Assembly: GCA_019247515.1 (NCBI GenBank)
Contig: JAFAOS010000252.1
Coordinates: 138-64,137 of the forward strand
DNA: 64,000 bases
Reading direction: 5' to 3'
From: Chloroflexota bacterium
GTDB taxonomy: Bacteria; Chloroflexota; UBA6077; CF-72
Shown: in pieces, positions 9,536 to 18,804 of the stretch
Layout: each line of letters begins with the position of its first letter
Numbering within the stretch: the first letter of the stretch is position 1
Notes under the pieces: model-generated
The model's database searches: none
Told to the model about the DNA's origin: nothing
The model's input: the letters and a program-made list of their open reading frames with translations, nothing else
Program-made: the position numbers and the translations under genes

Positions 9536-10153
9536 ATGAAGGTTGGGGTTGTCTCAGACGTCCACAACAACGTCGAGGCCCTGACCTACGCGCTCGACCA
9601 CCTGCGCGACTGCGACCTGGTCCTCGGGCTCGGCGACCTGGTGAGCGACTACCACGTCGACCCGCGCATCCTGCAGGTTGCGCGCGAGCGCGGGCTGGTC
9701 AGCATCGCCGGCAACCACGAAAAGAGCATCCTGCTGCATCCTGGCTCGCAGATCCGGTCGACGCTGTCCGCTGATACGCTGGACTTTCTGCGCCAGCTGC
9801 CGGCCGCGCGCGAGATCGACCTGGATGGTCGCTGCGTGCACGTGGCGCACGGCGCGCCCTGGGACGACCCGAACGACTATCGCTGCGCGTATGTGCTCGA
9901 GCGCGACCTGGTAACGCTGGGCCGCGTGGCCGCGACTACGCGGGCCGAGGTGGTGTTGCTCGGCCATACGCATCGGGCGATGACGGTGCGCACGGAGGGC
10001 ACCCTGGTCATCAACCCGGGTTCGTGCGGCGAAGCGCGCGACGCGGCGCAGCGGCTGACCTTCGCCCGCCTGGACGCCGCCGCGGGCGTCGCCAGCGTGT
10101 TCCTGGTGAGGCCCGGCCTGGAGCCCGAACGGCTGCTGCAGGCGGACTTCTAG
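9536..10153 (+). CDS. Metallophosphoesterase family protein
   Basis: SDVHNN, LGDLV, GNHE, HG, GHTH, NPGS motifs. Confidence 0.9.
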   Translation: MKVGVVSDVHNNVEALTYALDHLRDCDLVLGLGDLVSDYHVDPRILQVARERGLVSIAGNHEKSILLHPGSQIRSTLSADTLDFLRQLPAAREIDLDGRCVHVAHGAPWDDPNDYRCAYVLERDLVTLGRVAATTRAEVVLLGHTHRAMTVRTEGTLVINPGSCGEARDAAQRLTFARLDAAAGVASVFLVRPGLEPERLLQADF

Positions 10154-10189
10154 CGGTCAGCCGATGCCAAACCGGTCTCCGACCAGAAG

Positions 10190-10345
10190 ACCTGACGGGT
10201 CGTCGAAAAAGTCTGCTTCTCCTCAGAGTGTCAGAGAAGAACTATTTGGCACGCGAAACGTCACGGCCACAAAACGTCAGCTAGCGCGCTCTGAGTCACG
10301 CAGGCTCAGCAATTCCACCTGCGGTGGAGCCCTCGACATCAACCA
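10190..10345 (+). repeat. Family A MITE-like element
   Basis: gaaaaagtctgcttctc...agagaagaa...ggccacaaa...cgcaggctca...ttccacctgcggtggagccct. Confidence 0.8.
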
Positions 10346-10348
10346 CCC

Positions 10349-10635
10349 TGGGGGTCGTAGGGGTCTCCCCTACCCATCGACACGGCCCAAGCTGTCGGCG
10401 ACCAACCGCGGGTGGCTGAACGCTAATCTCGCTTCCGCATCGGCGCGTCGGGAATCGTCAACCAGCCGTGGGCGGTAGCGGCGCAACTCGCCGCGGGCCG
10501 CGAGCTACACCATCGCTCTCCGTGGGGGTCGTAGGGGTCTCCCCTACCCCTCGACACGGCCCAAGCTGTCCGCCACCAACCGCGGGTGGCTGGACCCTAG
10601 TCTCGCTTCCGCCTCGGCGCGTCGGGAATCGCGAA
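10349..10635. repeat. Direct duplication (~110 bp, period ~174) of a family B repeat plus the 3' end of the MFS gene
   Basis: 10349-10460 matches 10523-10635, including a second copy of the codons for IPDAP(M/R)RKRD-stop. Confidence 0.8.
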
Positions 10636-12048
10636 CGCCAGCGGCGCCGCCAGCAGGATCGGCACGGCCAGCCAGCCGAAGATCGTCGCCAGGCCCAGCG
10701 CCTGATCAGAAAACAGTGTCAGCGCCACCACCATCGCGGCGATGCTGATCACGCCGCCCGTCAGCCGGAACATGTTCCGAATGCCAGTCAGCGCCGCCGC
10801 GCGGTCCGGCGCCATGTCGATCGCCGCGTTGCTCGACGACGGCGTCGACAGGCCGTTGCCCACCGCGCTGAGCAGCAGGACAGACGCCAGGAACCAGAAA
10901 CCGCCAAAACTTACCGGACCAACCTGCACCTGGGTTTGAGCCTGGCCCAGGATCACCAGCATGACCGCCACCAGCGCCATCCCAAGCAACATCGGAATCC
11001 GGTACCCGAGCTTGATGATGTAGACGCTGGTCAGGATCGACGTGATGACCATGACAATCGCGCGCGGCGTCAGCACCGCCCCGCTCAGGAACGGATCGAG
11101 CCCGAAGACGAGCACCGCGTAGGTCGGCAGGAACGAAAAGAAGCCGAAAACGGCCGCCCCGAAGAGCAGGTTGTAAATGTTGACGGCCACGTACGGTCGC
11201 TGGGCCACCAGGCGGTACTCCATCACCGGGTCGGCGGCGCGCTTGATCCACCGCAGAAACGCCACGAACAGGGCGACGCTGACGCCCAGGCCGAGCCACA
11301 CGAACGGACCGTGCCACAGGCTCGGGTCGTCGCCAGCCGCCGTCAACGACAACAGCAGCAACGTGATCGCCGAGCCGTACAGCGCCAGCCCAGGCACGTC
11401 GATGTGGCGCGCCGCGCGTTGCACGCGTCGTTCGTGCAGGATCAGGCCGACGCCGACCACCACCGCCGCGCCGATCGGCACATTGATGATGAACATCTCG
11501 CGCCAGGTCCAGTGCTCGAGGATGAAGCCGCCCAGATTCGGACCGATGATGCTGCCAATGGGCTGCATGCTCGTGAGCAGACCAATCGCCTGCGCGCGGC
11601 GCAGCGGGTAATGCTCGGCGACGATGCCCACCGACGACGGCACCAGTCCGCCGCCGCCCACGGCCTGCACCCCGCGCGCCACGATCAGAAACCAGATGTT
11701 CGGTGCGATTGCGCACAGCAGCGAGCCGAACGTGAAGATGCCAACACAGAACAGGAAGACTCGCTTGCGGCCGAACGAGTCGCTCAGCTTGCCCGAGAGC
11801 GGCAACATGATGAGCTGCACGAGCTGATACGCGGTCAGCGTCCAGGCGACCAGGGCCAGCGACGTGTCAAAACTGACGACGAGCTGCGGAATCGCAACCG
11901 CGACGATGGTGTAGTCGATCGAGCTCATCAGCGCCGCCAGTGCCGCGAGCGCGAACAGCAGGTGGCCGAAGGCGGCGGTCTGGGAACTGGCTAGCGGCGC
12001 GGCGGCAACACCCGCTGTTTTGGTGGTGACCTGCGCCGGGGATGCCAT
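10597..12048 (-). CDS. MFS transporter, DHA2 (EmrB/QacA-like)
   Basis: GKLSDSFGRKRVF, RGVQAVGGG, GPNLGG, WREMFIINVPIG. Confidence 0.9.
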   Translation of the reverse strand: MASPAQVTTKTAGVAAAPLASSQTAAFGHLLFALAALAALMSSIDYTIVAVAIPQLVVSFDTSLALVAWTLTAYQLVQLIMLPLSGKLSDSFGRKRVFLFCVGIFTFGSLLCAIAPNIWFLIVARGVQAVGGGGLVPSSVGIVAEHYPLRRAQAIGLLTSMQPIGSIIGPNLGGFILEHWTWREMFIINVPIGAAVVVGVGLILHERRVQRAARHIDVPGLALYGSAITLLLLSLTAAGDDPSLWHGPFVWLGLGVSVALFVAFLRWIKRAADPVMEYRLVAQRPYVAVNIYNLLFGAAVFGFFSFLPTYAVLVFGLDPFLSGAVLTPRAIVMVITSILTSVYIIKLGYRIPMLLGMALVAVMLVILGQAQTQVQVGPVSFGGFWFLASVLLLSAVGNGLSTPSSSNAAIDMAPDRAAALTGIRNMFRLTGGVISIAAMVVALTLFSDQALGLATIFGWLAVPILLAAPLAFAIPDAPRRKRD

Positions 12049-12108
12049 AGACCTCGATACGTCGCCTGCTCAATATTCAGGGTACGACATCGGTCCGTCG
12101 CTAAAAGA

Positions 12109-13107
12109 TCAGAGGCGGTCCAGGTTCACCGCCGTCGGCGGGGTTGCACCCTTCAGGACCGCGACGATGTTGTCGGAGGCGAGCGTCCCCATGCGAATAC
12201 GCGTGGCGACCGTGGCGCTGCCGATGTGTGGCACCACGATCACGTTCGGCAAGGTGAGCAGCGGATCGTCACGCGGCATGGGCTCCGGGTCGGTGACGTC
12301 CAGTGCCGCGCCCGCGATCTCGCTGTCGCGGCAGGCCTCATAGACCGCGCGCTGGTCGATCAATCCTCCGCGCGCCACGTTGATCAAGTACGCGGTTTTC
12401 TTCATCAACTTGAATTGCGCGGTGGAAAGCATGTGCCGTGTCGCGGGTGTGAATGCGGCGTGGAGCGTGACGAAATCGCTCTCGCGCAGCAGCGCTTCCA
12501 GATCCACGAAGCTCACGGGCGCCTGGGCCTCCAGCTCCGGATGGCGATGGGCGCTGTAATACAGCACCCGCATATCGAAGCCCAGCGCCCGCCTGGCCAC
12601 CTGCCAGCCAATGGCGCCGAGACCCACGATGCCCAACGTGCGGTGGTGCACGTCCTGGCCAAGCAACACGTTGGGATTCCAGCCCTGCCACTGGCCGTCT
12701 TTGACGTGATCGATGGCTTCGCCGATACGTCGGCCGACCGTCAGTATCAGCGACCACGTCAGGTCAGCGGTAGTTTCCGCCAGCACGCCCGGCGTATTGC
12801 AAACGACGACTCCACGTCGGGTGCACGCCTCGACGTCGATATTGTCGTACCCGACTCCGTATTCGGCGACCACCCGCAACGCTGGCGCGGCGTCGAGCAA
12901 TTCCTGGTCGACGCGCTCGGTGATGCTCGCGAGCAGGCCATGCACGCCGGCGACCTTCGCCAACAGCGTGTCGCGAGACATCGGCTCTTCGGCTGCCCAC
13001 TGCTCCACGTCCAGCCCGGCGTCGTGCAGCGGGCGCGTCGAGCCATCAGGGAAGCGGCGCGTGACCAGGACCGTTGGACGCGAGTCGGCGCGATTGAACG
13101 TCGTCAT
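12109..13107 (-). CDS. D-glycerate/glyoxylate reductase-type D-2-hydroxyacid dehydrogenase
   Basis: VGYDNID, NTPGVL, GIVGLGAIG, NVARG, LDVTDPEP, PHIGSAT. Confidence 0.9.
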   Translation of the reverse strand: MTTFNRADSRPTVLVTRRFPDGSTRPLHDAGLDVEQWAAEEPMSRDTLLAKVAGVHGLLASITERVDQELLDAAPALRVVAEYGVGYDNIDVEACTRRGVVVCNTPGVLAETTADLTWSLILTVGRRIGEAIDHVKDGQWQGWNPNVLLGQDVHHRTLGIVGLGAIGWQVARRALGFDMRVLYYSAHRHPELEAQAPVSFVDLEALLRESDFVTLHAAFTPATRHMLSTAQFKLMKKTAYLINVARGGLIDQRAVYEACRDSEIAGAALDVTDPEPMPRDDPLLTLPNVIVVPHIGSATVATRIRMGTLASDNIVAVLKGATPPTAVNLDRL

Positions 13108-13110
13108 GCG

Positions 13111-14076
13111 TCAGAACCACAGCGACTTGTCGACTACGTTCACCAGCGGCTCACCTTTCAGGAAGCGCTGACTGTTGTCGAGCAGGATGGCCAGCCGCCG
13201 GTCGTCCAGATACGGTCCGAAGCCGGCGGTGTGCGGAGTCAGGAGCACATTCGGCGCGTCCCACAACGGGTGATTGGCCGGCAGCGGCTCTTCTTCGAAG
13301 ACGTCCAGTCCAGCGCCGGCAATTCTGCCGGACTGGAGGGCGTCCACCAGGTCGTGCAGCCGAGTGGTCTTGCCGCGTCCGATGTTGATGAAGAACGCGG
13401 TTGGTTTCATTCGCGCGAAACGCGCGGCGTTCATCAGGTCTTCGGTCTCCGGCGTGTGCGGAATGGTCAGGATGACGAAATCCGCTCGCGGCAGCAGCTC
13501 GTCGAGATGCTCCGGGGTGTGCAGCTCGGCGACACCGGCCGGGCGATCGTGCTGGCGAGCGTCGACGCCGATGACACGCATGCCAAACGCCGCGCATTTC
13601 GTCGCCGTTTCCGCCCCGATACCGCCCACACCCACAATCAACGCGGTGGACTCCGGCAGGTGCACCACTCCGGTGTCGAGCCTGTCGGGCGCCCATTCAT
13701 GACGTAGCTGGTGCGGAATGTAGCGGTGAAAACCACGCGCGAGTGCCAGGACGAACGCCATGATGTGCGCGGCGATGTGCTCGTTGAAGATGCCGCGCTG
13801 GTTGGTGACCACCACCGGGTGTTCGATGAGCTCGGGGTAATAGAACCCGGCAGGCGGAGCAATAGCCGGCGCCTGGAGCCATTTCAGCTGTCGCGCTTGC
13901 CGCAGCACGTCGGCCGGCAAGGCGCCGAAGGCCGCGTCGGCGTCGACGATCTGCTTGCGCGCGTCTTCGGGCGTTTCCGCGACGACGACGTCAAACGCAG
14001 GCAGCCTCTGGGCCAGAGTCGCGGCCCAGCCACGGGTGATCTCGGTCTGGGGCGGCAGAAACACAAACTTGGGCAT
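13111..14076 (-). CDS. D-2-hydroxyacid dehydrogenase
   Basis: IVGVGGIG, NIGRG, GLDVFEEEPLP, TPHTAG. Confidence 0.9.
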   Translation of the reverse strand: MPKFVFLPPQTEITRGWAATLAQRLPAFDVVVAETPEDARKQIVDADAAFGALPADVLRQARQLKWLQAPAIAPPAGFYYPELIEHPVVVTNQRGIFNEHIAAHIMAFVLALARGFHRYIPHQLRHEWAPDRLDTGVVHLPESTALIVGVGGIGAETATKCAAFGMRVIGVDARQHDRPAGVAELHTPEHLDELLPRADFVILTIPHTPETEDLMNAARFARMKPTAFFINIGRGKTTRLHDLVDALQSGRIAGAGLDVFEEEPLPANHPLWDAPNVLLTPHTAGFGPYLDDRRLAILLDNSQRFLKGEPLVNVVDKSLWF

Positions 14077-14123
14077 GGCTGCTGATCAGGGTAGCGCTCG
14101 ACGGCGCGTTAAAATCAACGTCC

Positions 14124-14687
14124 ATGCGACTCTGGAAGCTCGGCCATGTGCTGCTGCGTGTCAGCGACGAGGAGCGCGCACGCTGGTTCTACTGCGATGT
14201 TCTCGGCCTGAAGGTCGCTGAGCGCGATCCCGACCACGGTGGCCTGTTCACCACCCTCGGCGATGGCTTCCATACGCTTGACTTCGCCAGGCACCCGGCC
14301 GGCGAGCAGGCGCAGAAACCCGGTCGCGATCAGCTCGGGCTGATCCACATCGCGTTCCAGGTCGAGCACTACGCCGACCTGCGCGACGCCTACGTCAACC
14401 TCGTGCGCAACGGCATCACCGTCGAGCGTGCCACCGATCACGAAAATCAGCGCAGCCTGTATTTTCGCGATCCAGATGGCAACGGCCTGGAAATCTACTA
14501 CGAGTTCCCGTGCGCCCTGCAGATCTTTCCGAACGGTCGCAACGACGTCGATACGGCGCTGGAAGTCGGCGGACCTGAGGACCCGGTGCCCGCCTGGTTG
14601 CAGGAGACGTGGCCCGGCCCGGAGCTCCAGGCGCGCATCGAAGCGGTGCGCCAGCAGGCAGGCACGGCCTCGGCTGTGGCAAGCTGA
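14124..14687 (+). CDS. VOC (glyoxalase/catechol dioxygenase-like) family protein
   Basis: LGHVLLRV, FYCDVLGL, GLIHIAF, SLYFRDPDGNGLEI. Confidence 0.85.
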   Translation: MRLWKLGHVLLRVSDEERARWFYCDVLGLKVAERDPDHGGLFTTLGDGFHTLDFARHPAGEQAQKPGRDQLGLIHIAFQVEHYADLRDAYVNLVRNGITVERATDHENQRSLYFRDPDGNGLEIYYEFPCALQIFPNGRNDVDTALEVGGPEDPVPAWLQETWPGPELQARIEAVRQQAGTASAVAS

Positions 14688-14695
14688 GCGGCGAG

Positions 14696-15844
14696 ATGAC
14701 AGGACCATCACCGCGCACGTTCAACTTTGGCGCTGGCAACCCTGATCCCGGCGTCTTCCCGTCGCGGGACCTCGGCGAAGCCGCCCGCCGAGCGCTCACC
14801 CGCATGGGCACCGAGCTCGCGCACTACCCCGAGGCGCGCGGGCTGCCCGAGCTGCGCGGAGTGGCGCAGCAGCGCTTCGAGCGCAACCACCACGTCCGCC
14901 CGCCGCTCGAGGACATCGTCATCACCAACGGCGCGATGCAGGGTCTGCAGCTCAGCGCCCAGGGGCTGGCCCGTCCGGGCGACGCGGTGATCATGGAGGA
15001 GTTCGAATACAGCGGCACGATCCGAGTCTTCAAACAGTGCGGCCTGGAGCTGGTGCCGGTGCCGGTCGACGAGCACGGCATGCGCATCGATGCGCTCGAA
15101 ACCATCCTGGAACAACGCATCGCCAGCGGCAAGCGCCCGGCGTTCATCTACACGACCGCCAGCTACCAGAATCCCACCGGGACGAGCCTGCCGCTCGAGC
15201 GTCGACGGAAGCTCCTGGAGCTGGGACGCAGGCACTCGGTGCTGATTGTCGAAGACGACACCTACGGCGACATCAGCTTCGAGCCGCTGCAAGTGCCGGC
15301 GATTTACGCGCTCGCCAACGCGGGCGAGGTCATGTACATCGGGTCGTTCTCGAAGATCCTGGGGCCGGGCATCCGTCTCGGGTTCTTCATCGCCACCGAA
15401 GCGATCATCGCCCGGCTGATGCCGTGGAAGATGGACGGCGGCACGTCCATGCTCAGCCAGCTGGTCGCGGCCGAGTACTTCAAGGACCACCTCTGGGACC
15501 ATATCGAGGAAGGTCGGCAGGCGGTCAAGGACAAGCGCAACGTGCTGCTCGATGCGCTGGAGGGCGAATTCGGCACGGTGCCCGGCATGCGCTGGAGCCA
15601 GCCGGATGGTGGCCTGTTCGTATGGGTCAAACTGCCGGAGGACGTGGATCGCGTTCGGTTGCAGGAGCTGGCCGTGGCGCGCGGCATTACGTACGCCACC
15701 GGCCAGGCGTTCCACGCGCTGAATTCGGATGTCGCGTATTTGCGACTGGCCTTTGGCTGGATCGACAAGGACGACATCACCGAAGGCGTCCGCCTGCTGG
15801 CCGAATGCGTCCGCGAGGCAATGCCGGCGACCGTCGCTTCTTGA
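14696..15844 (+). CDS. PLP-dependent aminotransferase (class I, 2-aminoadipate transaminase-like)
   Basis: ITNGAMQGL, YQNPTG, IVEDDTY, GSFSKILGPGIRLG. Confidence 0.9.
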   Translation: MTGPSPRTFNFGAGNPDPGVFPSRDLGEAARRALTRMGTELAHYPEARGLPELRGVAQQRFERNHHVRPPLEDIVITNGAMQGLQLSAQGLARPGDAVIMEEFEYSGTIRVFKQCGLELVPVPVDEHGMRIDALETILEQRIASGKRPAFIYTTASYQNPTGTSLPLERRRKLLELGRRHSVLIVEDDTYGDISFEPLQVPAIYALANAGEVMYIGSFSKILGPGIRLGFFIATEAIIARLMPWKMDGGTSMLSQLVAAEYFKDHLWDHIEEGRQAVKDKRNVLLDALEGEFGTVPGMRWSQPDGGLFVWVKLPEDVDRVRLQELAVARGITYATGQAFHALNSDVAYLRLAFGWIDKDDITEGVRLLAECVREAMPATVAS

Positions 15845-16644
15845 GCGACGTGCGTGTTGACCAGGTCACCCGGCCGGAGGACCCGCGGGTGGCTGACCTG
15901 GTGCGCTTGCTGAACCAGACGTTTCCGGATCCGAACTCGGTGCTCGGTCTGGACCGCATTCAGCAATTTCTCTCGGACAATTCGACCGGCGCTCCGCGAC
16001 AGTTCCACGTCCTGCTGGCCGAGCGGCCCAACACGTTCACGAAAAAGTCTGCTTCTCTCCAGAGAAGAATTGCCGGCACCTCGCAAGGTGGCGGCCACAA
16101 TGGCTTCGGACTGGTGGGCGCCAGCATCTTCAGCTACGTGGCGGGCTCCAACTGCGGGTTTTCGGAGTACCTGCTGGTGGAGCCGGCACTTCGCCACCAG
16201 GGGCTGGGCCGCATCTTGTTCGATCGGCGCCAGGCTGTATTGAACGCCGACGCGGTGCGCCATGGGCAGCCCGCGTGCAACGGAGTGTTCATCGAAGTCG
16301 ACAGTCCGTGGCGGACGCCGGCGGAATTGCTCGCCGCGGAAAGTTTTGACCCGCTGGAGCGGCTGCGCGTCTTCGCGCACCTCGGCTTCCGGCGCGTCGC
16401 CGTGGCGTACGTCCAACCGCCGCTCGGCGCGGACAAGAGCGCGGTGGAGCACATGGACCTGCTCTTCGCGCCATGGGCTCCAGAAACACTTGCGAGTGAT
16501 TCGATCCCGGCGGAGTGGGCGCTGGCGACGCTCGAGACGATCTGGTCGGCATGGACTCCAGAGCTAGCTGGTAGCTACCTGGTGCAGCTCCGCGGGCAGA
16601 TTCACGGTCCGTCGGTGTCGCTGGTCGATCCGTTGGTCGCCTGA
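15841..16644 (+). CDS. GNAT family N-acetyltransferase carrying an in-frame repeat insertion
   Basis: EYLLVEPALRHQGLGRIL motif A, FAHLGFRR, YVQPPL; TTG start overlaps the upstream stop. Confidence 0.75.
   Translation: MSDVRVDQVTRPEDPRVADLVRLLNQTFPDPNSVLGLDRIQQFLSDNSTGAPRQFHVLLAERPNTFTKKSASLQRRIAGTSQGGGHNGFGLVGASIFSYVAGSNCGFSEYLLVEPALRHQGLGRILFDRRQAVLNADAVRHGQPACNGVFIEVDSPWRTPAELLAAESFDPLERLRVFAHLGFRRVAVAYVQPPLGADKSAVEHMDLLFAPWAPETLASDSIPAEWALATLETIWSAWTPELAGSYLVQLRGQIHGPSVSLVDPLVA
16032..16100 (+). repeat. Family A element fragment inside the GNAT coding sequence
   Basis: tctgcttctctccagagaagaattgccggcacctcgcaaggtggcggccacaa matches the reverse complement of ~37878-37931 with about 4 mismatches. 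Confidence 0.85.
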
Positions 16645-17609
16645 CGCTCCGCTGCATTCGTCGCGCGTGTCAATCGCGCACCCCAGTCGCGGATGTGGTC
16701 AATCAGCTCCGGCGGCCGCACCACCTCGAAGTCGGCGCCGATCGCGCCCAGCGTCAACACGGGCCAGTCCAGGTTGTCGACCGTCATGCGTAGCCGACAC
16801 GACCCGTCGTCCACGTCCTCCACGGTCGCCCACTGGCCCACCCGCCCGCGCACGCTCGCGCCCGATGCGTGGACCAGTGCTTCAATCCGCCGTCGGGTCG
16901 GCAGGTTCTGAATGCCGGCGCGCACGAAGCTCACCGCGTCGGCGGCTGGCAGCTCGCGCGGCTGAAAGCGCATGCCAGTGGTGCGCAGACTCTCGAGGCG
17001 GTCCAGACGAAAGCTTCGCCAGTCATTGCGCCCGAGATCGAAGGCAACCAGGTACCAGCGCTGGCCCAGCGAGACCAGTCGGTGCGGCTCGACGTGGCGC
17101 GTGCTGCGCTCGGCGCTCTGCGCCGTGTAGGCAAAGCGCAGGCGTTCTTCGTCGCGACACGCCTGGGCGATGGTCGTGAGCACGCCGGCGTCGACGTTGG
17201 GACCACCGCTCCACACAACTGGCCCGTTGGTCATGGCCCGCAGCGCATCGACGCGGTGGCGCAAGTGGGGCGGCATGATGCGCGCGACCTTGGCCAGCGC
17301 GCGCACCGAGGACTCCTCGATGCCGGCGATCGCGCCCTGGGCCGCGGCGCGCAGGCCGATCGCCAGGGCCACCGCCTCGTCGTCGTCCAGGACCAGCGGC
17401 GGCAGCGCCGCCCCCGCTGCCAGCTGATAGCCGCCGTCGATGCCGCGGCGCGCCTCGACGGGATAGCCAAGCTCGCGCAGACGGTCAACATCCCGCCGCA
17501 AGGTGCGCGGCGAGACGTCGAGCCGCTCGGCCAGCTCGTCGCCAGGCCAGAAGCGATGCGTCTGCAGCAAAGACAGCAGCCGCAAGGTGCGCGAGCTGGT
17601 ATTGGCCAT
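16602..17609 (-). CDS. YafY-family HTH-WYL transcriptional regulator
   Basis: LAERLDVSPRTLRRDVDRLRELGYPV, GGYQL, VEPHRLV, RWYLVA, WRSFRLDR. Confidence 0.92.
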   Translation of the reverse strand: MANTSSRTLRLLSLLQTHRFWPGDELAERLDVSPRTLRRDVDRLRELGYPVEARRGIDGGYQLAAGAALPPLVLDDDEAVALAIGLRAAAQGAIAGIEESSVRALAKVARIMPPHLRHRVDALRAMTNGPVVWSGGPNVDAGVLTTIAQACRDEERLRFAYTAQSAERSTRHVEPHRLVSLGQRWYLVAFDLGRNDWRSFRLDRLESLRTTGMRFQPRELPAADAVSFVRAGIQNLPTRRRIEALVHASGASVRGRVGQWATVEDVDDGSCRLRMTVDNLDWPVLTLGAIGADFEVVRPPELIDHIRDWGARLTRATNAAERQATNGSTSDTDGP

Positions 17610-17694
17610 GGTTCTGGTACCGAGTTTGTAGCAGGATCAGGCCAGAAACTGTCCGCTAGGCGGCTTGCTCGGGCGGTCCGGGGGATGAGTCGGT

Positions 17695-18051
17695 TCAGAG
17701 CCCGATCGCCAGCGGGTGCCGCGGCTCGTACAGGCCCATCTCGCCGCCGCCGGGGATTTTCAGCGTTGTCAGACGGCCGAAGCCGGCGTCGGTCACCACG
17801 CTCGTGAATTCCACGCCGCGTGCTTCCAGGTCCTTGACCGTCGCCGCGATGTCGTCGCACATCAGGTACAACTCCTGCCGACCGCTGTCAGACGGCTCGG
17901 TGGGGTGAATGCCGAGCTCGCCCGGCGGCAGCTTGAAGATCAGCCAACCGCCGTGCGCGTCGACGTACGGATAGCCCAGCACGTCACGGAAAAAGGCGCG
18001 CGCCCGCTCGGCGTCTTCGGCGTAAATGATGGAGTGGACACCAACGATCAT
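17695..18051 (-). CDS. VOC family protein
   Basis: HSIIYA, RAFFRDVLG, GWLIFKLPP, LYLMCDDI, LYEPRHP. Confidence 0.85.
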   Translation of the reverse strand: MIVGVHSIIYAEDAERARAFFRDVLGYPYVDAHGGWLIFKLPPGELGIHPTEPSDSGRQELYLMCDDIAATVKDLEARGVEFTSVVTDAGFGRLTTLKIPGGGEMGLYEPRHPLAIGL

Positions 18052-18712
18052 GGACGCAAGTCTGCCACCTCGCGCTGACCCGAGCATCGAGGCCGCCGTC
18101 GGCCAGGCCAGAGCGGCCCTTGCGCGCTTCGGCCTGCTGCTGTTCTCGGATCCGGCGCTGCCAAGCCTGGTCGGCGTGATCGTGGATGAGCCCCTGCGCA
18201 GCTCGTGGTGGGGCCACCCGCGCGGACACGTCATCTATGCGGCGATGAACCGTCTCGAAGACGATCCCGACGTGCTGTCGAGCAAGCTGATCGCCGGCAA
18301 GGTGACGTACGTTCATCGCAACCTGTGGCCAGCGGTGTACGCGGCCGGTACCGGCCGGGAGGCGTGGCAATTGAACAATCTCTCGGCGGGAGCGCGCTGG
18401 CTGCTCGAGGAGACGGACGCCCATGGCGCGGTCCAGACTGACATGGCGGTGCCGCCTCGAGAAGTGCGAGCCGACAAGCGCACCGCCGACTTCGCCCGCG
18501 AGCTGGAACGTCGAGTGCTGGTCCACGCGACGGAGTTCCACACGCCCAGCGGCGCGCACGCCAAGCTGCTCGAAACCTGGCAGCGCTGGGCGGCGACTGT
18601 CAAGTTTCGGCCGCCAGCACTCTCCGCCGCGGAAGCACGTGCCGAACTGGAAGCCGCCGCCGCGCGCCTCCCAGCCGATGGCGCATTAGTCCGGCTCCCG
18701 TGGCGCCGATAA
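18050..18712 (+). CDS. Hypothetical protein (possibly AlkZ-like/winged-helix related)
   Basis: Coding-like ORF with SWWGHP and KLIAGKVTYVHR; start uncertain. Confidence 0.55.
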   Translation: MDASLPPRADPSIEAAVGQARAALARFGLLLFSDPALPSLVGVIVDEPLRSSWWGHPRGHVIYAAMNRLEDDPDVLSSKLIAGKVTYVHRNLWPAVYAAGTGREAWQLNNLSAGARWLLEETDAHGAVQTDMAVPPREVRADKRTADFARELERRVLVHATEFHTPSGAHAKLLETWQRWAATVKFRPPALSAAEARAELEAAAARLPADGALVRLPWRR

Positions 18713-18714
18713 AC

Positions 18715-18780
18715 GCTGCACATCAGGCAATGGGCGTGCATAAGCAGACGCTAGAGCTAACCATGTGCAGCGGCGTACGC
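18715..18780. repeat. Degenerate family C terminal units
   Basis: cgctgcacatcagg, gcgtgcataagca and tgtgcagcggcg match the ends of the 19989-20370 element. Confidence 0.55.
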
Positions 18781-18804
18781 TGTCGACACACTGGGAGGTC
18801 GCTC

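Noticed and set aside
10471-10482. Another GGCGGTAG octamer
   Set aside because: It lacks the downstream TG and is not at an operon head; expected by chance in high-GC DNA.
16602-17609. WYL regulator as a marker of a defence system
   Set aside because: It is an ordinary YafY-type protein next to a VOC gene, with no defence genes nearby.
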